A stretch of 64,000 nucleotides of DNA from a virus (Duplodnaviria; Heunggongvirae; Uroviricota; Caudoviricetes), in the IMG/VR virus record IMGVR_UViG_3300031853_000008, positions 1 to 64,000 of that record. One strand, given 5' to 3'. Below, piece after piece: positions 8,723 through 17,886 of the stretch (its first letter is position 1; the number at the start of each line of letters is the position of its first letter). The translations under genes and the position numbers were made by a program. The notes below the pieces were generated by a model, which ran no database searches, was not told the DNA's origin, and was given only the letters and a program-made list of their open reading frames with translations.

Positions 8723-9474
8723 GCCACTCCTGTACTGCCGAACCCGCCCCTGGATTCGTTGTTAAGTGAGTCAACTGTCTCAAACTTGATCGTTGGCTGT
8801 CTTCTGACAATCTCAAACTGGCAAATCCTGTCGTTCTTGTGAATGACCGCATCTTTGAAGCAGTAAACGTGGGCGAACCACTGGTCATCGTCCCCACAGT
8901 AAGCACCATCAATCTGCCCGACTGAATTCACCAGAATGCAGTGATAATTCTTAAACATCGAAGACCTCGGATAAACGGCGGCCTTGTAACCTTCCGGCAG
9001 CTTCATTCCGACCCCAAGAGGAATCATATAGTCGTTCCCCGCAACCATATCGACTGTCTCTGCGGAACGGAGATCAATGAGGTCGCCCTTCGGATTAACA
9101 GTAAGCGGATCAATGTCGGCGAAGTACTTGACCTTGATTACTTCACTTCCCGGGGGGGTTGTATCATCAGCCACCCGGATGAACACCTTACCGACATATC
9201 GGTTCATCTCACGATTGTAGTTGCGGTACAGGTCTTCGATCACCTTGCTTGTCTCAGCCATTGAAGGATTGTAAAACCCCCAGTACAGAGATTCGGTGAA
9301 AGAATCATAAACATCCGAACGGATCATGTCGTCGTCCACGAACACCTTGCATCCGATGTTATGCCCAAGGTCGAACTTGTGCATATACCCTCTAGATGTT
9401 TTCTGAAACCCAAACCTTGAAAGAATCGTTGGCGTTACATTGTCCATCACCTTGTAGGTATTCAGCTTAACCAT
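8719..9474 (-). CDS. dut: dUTP diphosphatase with N-terminal extension
   Basis: C-terminal half carries dUTPase motifs (PRSS, GQIDGAYCGD, RGGFGSTG). Start trimmed to an internal Met after the upstream stop. Confidence 0.7.
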   Translation of the reverse strand: MVKLNTYKVMDNVTPTILSRFGFQKTSRGYMHKFDLGHNIGCKVFVDDDMIRSDVYDSFTESLYWGFYNPSMAETSKVIEDLYRNYNREMNRYVGKVFIRVADDTTPPGSEVIKVKYFADIDPLTVNPKGDLIDLRSAETVDMVAGNDYMIPLGVGMKLPEGYKAAVYPRSSMFKNYHCILVNSVGQIDGAYCGDDDQWFAHVYCFKDAVIHKNDRICQFEIVRRQPTIKFETVDSLNNESRGGFGSTGVA

Positions 9475-9925
9475 TTGAACCCTCCTTGCCGTCCCCACAG
9501 TATTTTCTATAATTCATACAATAATGTTTTGATTTATTAATTTCCTTCTGTGTCTTACCAAAGAGATCGCTAGATAAAGATGAGATATATGTCCCAATCT
9601 TCATCCAAAGACGACTAGACTGAAGATATTTTTTTGCCATTGCTTTATTATAAGCAATCTTCATACCAGTATCTTCATAATATGTATCTTCCGGCTGAAC
9701 TTGAGCAATTCCAATTACAGTTTTAGGGAAAGAATCATTCCCATACCTCTTCTGAAGTTCATGCATAATACTTCGCGCGACAAGTCTGTCGCACATCTTC
9801 ATTCCTAAATGGAACTTCGCTACGTCGAGATTCCATCCACTCGATGTCACAAAAACCGTTTTTCCTGTATCAGGAAAAATATGATAAGTTCCACCGTCTC
9901 TTTTAATAATCTTCACTTGATTCAT
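9467..9925 (-). CDS. hypothetical protein (152 aa)
   Basis: ORF. Confidence 0.45.
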   Translation of the reverse strand: MNQVKIIKRDGGTYHIFPDTGKTVFVTSSGWNLDVAKFHLGMKMCDRLVARSIMHELQKRYGNDSFPKTVIGIAQVQPEDTYYEDTGMKIAYNKAMAKKYLQSSRLWMKIGTYISSLSSDLFGKTQKEINKSKHYCMNYRKYCGDGKEGSNG

Positions 9926-10015
9926 TTGACTCCTGCCTTTCTGTGCTTGTCTTTCTTAACTGTCAAAAGAATAACACATTAATTTCCGCTTGTCAACCCC
10001 TCTTATGGAATCTTT

Positions 10016-11062
10016 TCAGAATTCCATAATAAATAAATCATCTGCATATTTGCTGAATTTGACCTTGCTTCTCTTATATCTCTTAAAATCGTCAAGAGTA
10101 ACAAATGCCTTGTCCGGCACCCCCATCCTACGACGCATCCACTTCCCTAGCAGGGCATTTGATTCTGCCGTCTGAATGCCTTTATTGTTTTGTTGGGCAA
10201 CTCTCATATACATCATCCCCATATCCGGGGTGAAAGCTTTAAATAGTTTACAGTTCTTATCTGATTCATGCATTCTTCCAGGGAAGAATCCATCTTTTCT
10301 ATCTTTACTATTATATGGAATATAAGCTTCATCACGATTTCTATTATATTTTTGCGACCTAAACCCCCAGTTGGGGCCAGATACTTCTCCTACCTTGCCG
10401 CTACTTTCAAGCCACGATACTTCGATGACATCTATTGGCGTTCTCTTCTTTAATTCTTCATAAGTAATATTCTCTAGTTTCCCCAACTCAAGTTCTTCGG
10501 CTGAGATGACCTTATTTGAGAATTTAATTTTGCTCAGTAAGTCTTTATCGAAACAATCAATTGTGTCTTCTAATAATGAGTCGTAATATTCTGATACGTC
10601 TTTAGCCGGGCAGTCTGTCATCACTTCTCGCCTATTTTGAAATGCATAGATGCTGTAATTTGCCGATCCAACAAACGCCTTTACAGGCTCATTCCCACGT
10701 AGCCACACATATGTTTTTGAATGGACATTTGCATTCCTATAGACATATCGTAAATTAATGTGGAGATTATTCGGTTTGATACTGTTCAGCTGATTAAGTG
10801 TCTTAATGATATTTGTGTGTTTATTTGCGTTAAGTCCGCTCCCTTTATACATACCTAATATGACATCGACATAGATATGACGATTGTATTTACCCTTGCG
10901 CCCCTGTTCCCCTTGTAGCTGAAGAATATGGGTGTTAATCATATCACAATCCGTGAAGCCTGTAACGATTTCAAGATGATCACAGTTATCTCCATCAATG
11001 ATTGCCGGGTCATACAATATCTGCTGCTCAAAGTCATGTGTCAAAAACATAAAAGCCCTCAC
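10016..11062 (-). CDS. PLD-family (HKD-like) nuclease, putative restriction endonuclease partner of the adjacent C5-MTase
   Basis: Two HxK...GSxN-like segments (RHIYVDV..GSGLNAN and VHSKTYVW..GSANYS). 4-nt overlap with the MTase gene. Confidence 0.35.
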   Translation of the reverse strand: MRAFMFLTHDFEQQILYDPAIIDGDNCDHLEIVTGFTDCDMINTHILQLQGEQGRKGKYNRHIYVDVILGMYKGSGLNANKHTNIIKTLNQLNSIKPNNLHINLRYVYRNANVHSKTYVWLRGNEPVKAFVGSANYSIYAFQNRREVMTDCPAKDVSEYYDSLLEDTIDCFDKDLLSKIKFSNKVISAEELELGKLENITYEELKKRTPIDVIEVSWLESSGKVGEVSGPNWGFRSQKYNRNRDEAYIPYNSKDRKDGFFPGRMHESDKNCKLFKAFTPDMGMMYMRVAQQNNKGIQTAESNALLGKWMRRRMGVPDKAFVTLDDFKRYKRSKVKFSKYADDLFIMEF

Positions 11063-12108
11063 TCTGATAAGTTAGGTTCTACAAAGGGATAATAGATTCC
11101 CGCAAAGCTATTTAATACCGCCGTTGTAACTATATTGCTTAATCTACAGGGGACCGCCATTCCTATCTGTCTGCGGACACTTGAATATTTTCCAACAAAC
11201 TCATAGTCATCTGGGAAGGTTTGGATTCTTGCCCTTTCCCTGTTGGTTAGTTCTCTGTCCGTCCAGTGGTAGCCGAACGTCCCGCCCCCACCTGAAGCAG
11301 TTATTGTATAGCTCGGTTTGTTGGGATCTAGCTTCCTGTATATCTGAGAAATTTTTGTTCTTGTTTTGATTCTAAGTTCTTCGGGCATCCGTTTCTCGGC
11401 TTGCCACACATTCTCACTAGGTTCTATGTAAGACAACCGCCTAACCACCTTATCACTCAATACTTTTATCTCATTATTTGGGGCATCCGCGGGAATACTA
11501 GATAATGCTGTTCTAGCAGAGATATCTCTCTTGTATTGGATAGGGGATGGCACCTTGAAATCCACATTTATATCATCTCTTACGCCTACTATTATAACTC
11601 TGTGGCGGGTCTGCGGGACCCCATACTCTTCTGCTTTGTATAGGTTTGTTGTGAGTTTGTATCCCGACTCACGAAGATCATTCAAGATGATTTGAAAATC
11701 ATTTCCTCCCGCCGACCTTATGCCGGATACATTTTCAGCTATGAACCAATCTGGCTGATAGATTCTGAGGGCTTCTACTCCATACCAGTAAAGCTGCCCG
11801 AATTTTTCGTTTGCGAGTCCTTTATGCTCCCCCACATTCGAAAAGCTATTGCATGGAAACCCATACGCAAAAGCATCTATTTTGCCAAGCGAAGATATGT
11901 CTAGGTTTCTGACATCTCCACAGATAACACTCTCTCTGTTATCAGGGCAAATGTTGTTCCTATAGGTTTCGCAAGTATCTGAGTCGTAATCATTTGCCCA
12001 AGCATGAGAGATTCGAAGGCTTCCGTCATCGCTCTGAGCATGTAACGCACCGTATGCAAGCCCACCCGGGCCGCAGTATAGTTCCCCTAGTTTATATACT
12101 TTTCCCAT
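11059..12108 (-). CDS. DNA (cytosine-5)-methyltransferase
   Basis: Motif I YCGPGG, motif IV GFPCNSFS, motif VI ENV. Confidence 0.75.
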   Translation of the reverse strand: MGKVYKLGELYCGPGGLAYGALHAQSDDGSLRISHAWANDYDSDTCETYRNNICPDNRESVICGDVRNLDISSLGKIDAFAYGFPCNSFSNVGEHKGLANEKFGQLYWYGVEALRIYQPDWFIAENVSGIRSAGGNDFQIILNDLRESGYKLTTNLYKAEEYGVPQTRHRVIIVGVRDDINVDFKVPSPIQYKRDISARTALSSIPADAPNNEIKVLSDKVVRRLSYIEPSENVWQAEKRMPEELRIKTRTKISQIYRKLDPNKPSYTITASGGGGTFGYHWTDRELTNRERARIQTFPDDYEFVGKYSSVRRQIGMAVPCRLSNIVTTAVLNSFAGIYYPFVEPNLSE

Positions 12109-12224
12109 TTATTCTCCTGGTTTTACGTCACCAACGAAACAGCGGATAATGCCGCAGCATTGTTACAGATACAATATATCATTCTCGAAAAAATGGGGCA
12201 AGACCTAAGTCCTACCCCATAATG

Positions 12225-12743
12225 TTAAATTGCTTCATCATAAGCGGATTCTTTTGAGACAAGATTTCCTTTATCGTCATGTTCATAAATGTGTTGGTTT
12301 CTGCTCCCCCGGAAAGCGATTAAAAGATCTCGCTTATCATACTCAAACCGCCCATCAACGATAGTATCCGCAAGATTCAGAACATCCTTGCGGGTTTGAT
12401 TATCCCCGCTAAGAATATCAGCGACATTGAACCCTGTATACACCCAGACTTTTTTATCGGGGTAAACATTTTTAATAGTTTTAATTAAATCTTTGACATC
12501 TTGAACATTCTGGTCTGCTAATGGCTCTCCCCCAAGAATAGAAACTCTTTTAATATAATCCTTCCCAGCGAGAGATAAAAATCTTTCTATTGTTTCTTTT
12601 GTCCAAGGTTTTCCACCGTTAAAATCCCACGTCTCACTATTAAAACACCCCTTGCAATGGAAGGGGCAACCCTGTACAAACAGGGAAACCCCAACATTAT
12701 TACCGTTTGAGATGTCGCACTTATACCAATTTGCATATCTCAT
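12225..12743 (-). CDS. nrdG: anaerobic ribonucleotide reductase activating protein (radical SAM)
   Basis: CPFHCKGC cluster. Starts MRYANWYKCD with AATGGAGG RBS. Confidence 0.7.
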   Translation of the reverse strand: MRYANWYKCDISNGNNVGVSLFVQGCPFHCKGCFNSETWDFNGGKPWTKETIERFLSLAGKDYIKRVSILGGEPLADQNVQDVKDLIKTIKNVYPDKKVWVYTGFNVADILSGDNQTRKDVLNLADTIVDGRFEYDKRDLLIAFRGSRNQHIYEHDDKGNLVSKESAYDEAI

Positions 12744-12754
12744 AACGGCCTCCA

Positions 12755-13717
12755 TTACTCACAGTGCTTAACTCTTTGTTCCGTTTCTTGTTGTTTCCCG
12801 GCATTAAATGCGGTTTTATAATCCCCCGTTAAGTAGCCTGTCACTCTACGAAGTCTCCGAATATTCGTACTTCCACAAACAGGACATGCGTCACCGATTT
12901 CATCTGTGTATCCACAATTCATGCACATATCATTTGGAAGATTAATTGCAAAATATGGAATATCATGATCCATAGCATAATTTACAATTTCCTCCATTGC
13001 ATCAATGTTATGTTTGGCTGTAGATTTCAGTTCTACATATGTAATGCATCCAGCATTTGAATATCCAGTAAGTTGTGATTCAATGTCTATCTTCTCGAAA
13101 GGATTCATATCTTCCCAAACACTGCAATGAATCGAATTCGTGAAATATTCACGGTCAGATACATCTTTAATCACGCCATACTTATCTCTGAATTTTTCAA
13201 GAGCAGTGTGGCACAGATTCTCTGCGGGCGTGTAATAAACTCCAAAATTCAATTTATATTGCTGCTTGAATTCTTTGCATCTCTTACTGAACAACTCTTC
13301 GATCCTCTTGGCAAGATCCATCCCAGTAGGAGTTGTTTGGTCACACCCAATCAAGATTCTAAGAGTTTCTGCAAGTCCAAGTTGCCCAAGAGCAAGAGTC
13401 CCATGTTTCAATGCAGATTGAATTCCCTCTTCGGGATGATATCCATACATCGTTCCGTTCTCATACATAAACTTTGCGGAGTCAGGTGACTGGGAACAAA
13501 TCCAGTTGTATCTTTCAATCAGCATATCTTTTCCTTCATGAATTTTCTTATCTAGAATTTCCATGAAATTCTCTACAATATCCCCATCCTTCTCTTTCGC
13601 TTCCATAGCGAGTGTTGGAAGAATGATTGTTACAGGGCAGATGTTGCCTCGCCCATCTTTCAACTGAGGGTTGACCCCAGGTTCAGCATTAATGTCATAT
13701 CCATTGTACGTCCTACA
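12755..13717 (-). CDS. nrdD: anaerobic ribonucleoside-triphosphate reductase NrdD, exon 2
   Basis: Carries the C-terminal glycyl radical motif RRVTGYL and a CxxC zinc site. Joins exon 1 as STMG|CRTYNG. Confidence 0.7.
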   Translation of the reverse strand, partial: CRTYNGYDINAEPGVNPQLKDGRGNICPVTIILPTLAMEAKEKDGDIVENFMEILDKKIHEGKDMLIERYNWICSQSPDSAKFMYENGTMYGYHPEEGIQSALKHGTLALGQLGLAETLRILIGCDQTTPTGMDLAKRIEELFSKRCKEFKQQYKLNFGVYYTPAENLCHTALEKFRDKYGVIKDVSDREYFTNSIHCSVWEDMNPFEKIDIESQLTGYSNAGCITYVELKSTAKHNIDAMEEIVNYAMDHDIPYFAINLPNDMCMNCGYTDEIGDACPVCGSTNIRRLRRVTGYLTGDYKTAFNAGKQQETEQRVKHCE

Positions 13718-14465
13718 CATTTTATCTTGTGTCGCCACAGGCACTGACTATATCTTCTACCTTCCAGTAGCCTTCCGCTTCGGGGCGGTGTCCATCTCCG
13801 CCCCTACTCCCTTACATTCATCAGGGATAGTCGATACACTTTACATATACTCAAAGTTGTAATTATAGTGATTAGTCTTTTTGTCACCCTTTAATATAGA
13901 AGTAATTGTTTTCCTGTTTAATCCAAGTTGATTCGCGCATTCTCTGATGCTAGAGAATTCTTTTATTTCATTTGTATCTTTTGAAGTTGCCCTAATTGGG
14001 CATTTTCTATGCTATGGGTACAATCCCATGTCGTAAGCTTCTTGCGTATTGTATGCGTTAGTACACCATTCCAAATTTTCAATTGAATTATTTAATTTAT
14101 TCCCATCTTTATGATTTATCATTGGCAGAACATCAGGATTCGGAATAAATGTTTCTGCTATTAATCGATGCAATCGTATGTATTTTTTCTTTTTATTTAT
14201 CCGAAAACTTGTCATGTAATAGCCTAGGGAATCAATCCACCTACTTAACTTATGGAAACTTCCGTTCTTTAGCTTTTTATATGCATACTAGCTATCAACA
14301 TAAATATTAGGATATTTAGTTTCTTTCATTGTGGTCTCCTTTTCCACAACATCTGAGTATATGTCTTAGCACGGTCTCATCTTATTTCAAAGACCTAACC
14401 GTTAGCCCTTTCGGACACCCTTGGACAAGGTTCAAAAGGTTTTAGATGAGCTGTAGTTTACGCTT
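13718..14465 (-). other. group I intron in nrdD carrying an HNH homing endonuclease ORF
   Basis: Exon 1 ends in U and the intron ends in G. 3' core has R-like CGACTAT, a GGGGCGG..CCGCCCC hairpin (P8-like) and S-like GAAGATATAGTC. Splicing restores the conserved NrdD sequence. Confidence 0.6.
13841..14215 (-). CDS. HNH homing endonuclease (intron-encoded) with one in-frame TAG at 14012..14014
   Basis: HRLIAETFIPNP..NHKDGNKLNN HNH motif. After the TAG the same frame continues into the conserved NUMOD-like C-terminus (IKEFSSIRECANQLGLNRKTI) and ends at TAA. Confidence 0.6.
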
Positions 14466-15695
14466 ACCCATCGTTGATACATAAGTTCTGGGGTCATTCC
14501 TGTCATACCCCGCATTAACACTCCAATCTACATTACAATAGTTTGGATATAACCGCTTTGCCGTTGATTTAAGTGCAAGCCTATAAAGATCATAGTTCGG
14601 ATCTCCCGGCTTGCGATTTACCCCTTTCATACACTGAAAAATCCCGCATGGAAAAATAGGAGTCCGATGAAGAGCGCCGATTCCTTCAATAGAAACATCA
14701 AGAAGGGCTTTCGTTACCATTCTCCCTTCTGGCAAGGTGCATGTTCCGTAATTTACAGATGTAAATGGTAATTGGTTTCCAGATCTACTTTGAAGGGTAT
14801 TTAAATTATGGTACATCCCTTCAACCGCCTGATATGTTTCCTTTCGCGTCATATCCATAGCGTATTTATACGCTTTGTCATGGCTTCGATAAAAAGCATC
14901 ATCTATTCTTTTATCAATATCAAAGAATGCGTCTTCTAATCGAACTCTTTGTTCAATATATTGTATTCCATCTTTGAAATGCTTCCAGAACGATTTACGA
15001 ACATATGGCACCATAGTCCAATCAATATGCGATGCCGAGCAACCCCCGAATTCTTGCAAACTTTGGAGCTGGAATAGAACTGCAACAAGCTGAAAAGCAG
15101 TGTTAATGCTTTGAGCTGGCCTTACATCAGTTTGTCTAGTGTTAAATCCTTTTGCGAGGAGATCATCAAAAGGAATAGTCAAACAATTGTGCATTCCCAC
15201 CGCGTAAGCATCAAGATCGTGTATATAAATCTCATTATTCAGATGATTATTACGAGACATCTCACTCATACAATAATCAAGAGCATACTGTTTCATTAAC
15301 GTAGAACTTGCCTCGCCTCTTCTCCCCCCAAAACTCTTTTCATCAACATTCGCATTTTGATTCTGCACATTGCTTGCATCAATCTTTTCTGCGATTGTTC
15401 TCATCATTCGACTGTTTTTTTCTCTGGCAAGCCTTCTGTTTTCTCTATAAATAACAAATGCTTTTGCTACATCTTTACGGTTGCTTGACATCAACTTATT
15501 TTCAATAATGTCTTGAATATCTTCAACAGACATATCTTTTCCGCTATCGGAAATTAGCTTGGATATTTCAGTGGCCTTATCCCTCGTATACTTCGTCGTT
15601 TCCCCATCAACTTCTGTAAAAGCCTTGATAATCGCGTCCTTCACTTTTTGTCGATCAAACTCAACTACTCTTCCGTCACGTTTCTTTACTTTCAT
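14466..15695 (-). CDS. nrdD: anaerobic ribonucleoside-triphosphate reductase NrdD, exon 1
   Basis: Starts MKVKKRDGRVVEFD (ATP-cone). RBS AGGAAG. Confidence 0.7.
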
Positions 15696-15753
15696 AACTT
15701 CCTCTCTTCCTTGTGTATTCCAACAGTTACTATAATGAACCGCAAAACGGTTA

Positions 15754-16605
15754 TTATGCCTTGTAAATAACGTCCATTCTGTGTATCTTCCCACCACCGT
15801 TTCTTCTTACGGTAGAAGCATCACGGTGCCAAATCGGCATGACAAAGTCATACATAGAAAAATACACGGGGAATCTCTGTTCTGTCGCCCAATGAACAAA
15901 ATCAAAAAAATCATCAAGATTATCCTTAGAAATGTCACAATAAACTATATCCCCAGGCTGATATTGATATTTGCGGTAGTCCATTGTTGTCATTTCAAGA
16001 TTGTTTCTTAAATCACCTATACCAGCTAAACTCTGTAGGGACTCGATTCTCTCAAGCCCCTCACATCTCATAGCAGACAAGTTTTTCAACTCTTTCTTAT
16101 GAACGGTTACGCAGTTATTAAACTCAGCCCGCCGCGACACCCAATCTTTTGCTTTTACATATTCGGCGATATCGGGGAGCGTTCCCTTGATAAAACTCTC
16201 ATATCGTCCATTGACAATATACTCGTGGATCGCCTTTTTCCAATCTTCTGTGTTGTAGCTGAAAGCATAATCCTCTCCGTTGCAACTAAAAGACCAATTC
16301 CATTTAATAAAGGCATCCTTGTCTCTTTTGTTGGCGAATTCTGTTCTTTCGATGAATGGCGGATCATAGATATCCGGCAGATATTTTCCATCCATTACGT
16401 CATTCAAATACGGAAGCCAAGTGCTATCCCTGTCGTTATATAAAACTTTCCCCCACTTTTTACTCAATAATGCACAGTGGGAGATTGCGAACCCCCCGCC
16501 ACAGATATCAACTAAGCGATTTCCATTTGGCAGAGCGTTCACAATATCTTCAGCTAATTTTGACTTGCTTCCTTTACAAGGAACTCCATACCTACTTGCC
16601 CTCAT
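15754..16605 (-). CDS. DNA N6-adenine methyltransferase (Dam-like)
   Basis: GGG motif (VDICGGGF) and DPPF catalytic motif. Confidence 0.55.
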   Translation of the reverse strand: MRASRYGVPCKGSKSKLAEDIVNALPNGNRLVDICGGGFAISHCALLSKKWGKVLYNDRDSTWLPYLNDVMDGKYLPDIYDPPFIERTEFANKRDKDAFIKWNWSFSCNGEDYAFSYNTEDWKKAIHEYIVNGRYESFIKGTLPDIAEYVKAKDWVSRRAEFNNCVTVHKKELKNLSAMRCEGLERIESLQSLAGIGDLRNNLEMTTMDYRKYQYQPGDIVYCDISKDNLDDFFDFVHWATEQRFPVYFSMYDFVMPIWHRDASTVRRNGGGKIHRMDVIYKA

Positions 16606-16850
16606 CCTGTTACCCCATGCGTCTTTAGTTTGTTCTTGAAATTATTGATAGCTTCGTTATCTGTGCTTATCGGGATTACATCAACTTCACTCCCTATAAA
16701 CATCATAAGCCCCAGGATTGAAGCCCCATCCACACAGTAGCGACCTTTACACACATCTACAGGGAACGGGGCCTTCCTGCAAATACTATTGATCTGCCCA
16801 ATATTGTCTTCAGTTAAAGTTATTTTCACGCTAGTCCTCCCACGCATCAA
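16602..16850 (-). CDS. HPr-like phosphocarrier-fold protein
   Basis: VDGASILGLMMFIGSEVDV resembles the HPr KSIMGVMSLG region. The canonical His15 context is absent. Confidence 0.35.
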   Translation of the reverse strand: MMRGRTSVKITLTEDNIGQINSICRKAPFPVDVCKGRYCVDGASILGLMMFIGSEVDVIPISTDNEAINNFKNKLKTHGVTG

Positions 16851-17000
16851 TCCAAGGGTTCATGTCTTGCTCGGAATCTTCCATATCCCCATCAACTCTG
16901 ATTCCGCAATAATCGCATTCCCAATGCCCGAATCTATAAGCCATTACAATTCCGCATTCCGGGCAATATACTTTGTTCTGCATAGACATCACCCCGCATT

Positions 17001-17366
17001 CTACTTACAGGATTTAGTCAGATAATCTTCTATATTGTCCCAAAGACCAGTACTACAATATCCTTTAATGCTTTGTGCATCTTCCAGTTCGATAACTGTC
17101 ATCAATGCGTAATTTGCCATGTCCATCAATGTATCCCGGATACTTTCATCCCCCGAATCAACCGAATCATTCTTTGCCAGATTTACAAGCCTGTTATATT
17201 TATCTGATATTCTTGTAACGGCGGACATAAGCCCCAATGATTTATAAGTCCTTGAAAAACTGTCACCGTATGCTTTGTTTTTTTGTATATATGTTTTGTG
17301 TAACTCGTCACACAATATTTTATGTTTCTCTGTTTTTGAAACCATTTCTATAATCCTCCGTTTCAT
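17001..17366 (-). CDS. hypothetical protein (121 aa)
   Basis: ORF. Confidence 0.4.
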   Translation of the reverse strand: MKRRIIEMVSKTEKHKILCDELHKTYIQKNKAYGDSFSRTYKSLGLMSAVTRISDKYNRLVNLAKNDSVDSGDESIRDTLMDMANYALMTVIELEDAQSIKGYCSTGLWDNIEDYLTKSCK

Positions 17367-17886
17367 TTTTATAGTTCTCAGATCCTATGAATCCGCAACA
17401 TCTCATTTCCGGGCAAAATCCTCTGTATTCACATTCCGGCACCATACAATCGGCAAGTTCAGGCTCGACCGTGCGGACAGCCTCTACAACCGCCCTCCAA
17501 GCCCCTCTCGTCTCGTTTGCGGCCTGACTGCATAACCTCTTCCTGCTTATATTAATAAGCGCCTGTGCGTTCGCTAGGAGTGTCAGACAGACGCTTGCGT
17601 TCTGTGGGAGGTTATTTCTATCTATTCCAGTTCTATCGGTTCTCTCTGTTGAGACGTATGGAGTCACCCCGATGTGGTGGCGCACTAGATGCATTGCCAC
17701 CCAGTAAGGAATATCATGGATTCTTATCGTCAACTCGATATACCTTATAGGAGAATGCTCTGCTCTAAGTATCTTACTCTTCCATGTAGAGGAAGGATAC
17801 TTTCCTGTTTCCTTCCCCACGGTATTCATGGCGGCGTTTTTCACTTCCTGCCAATGGTCTTGATAGTTCAAAATCTCTACGTTCAT
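17320..17886 (-). CDS. thyX: flavin-dependent thymidylate synthase ThyX-like (short)
   Basis: AEHSPIRYIELTIRI ... RHHIGVTPYVSTER resembles the ThyX signature. Confidence 0.5.
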   Translation of the reverse strand: MNVEILNYQDHWQEVKNAAMNTVGKETGKYPSSTWKSKILRAEHSPIRYIELTIRIHDIPYWVAMHLVRHHIGVTPYVSTERTDRTGIDRNNLPQNASVCLTLLANAQALINISRKRLCSQAANETRGAWRAVVEAVRTVEPELADCMVPECEYRGFCPEMRCCGFIGSENYKNETEDYRNGFKNRET

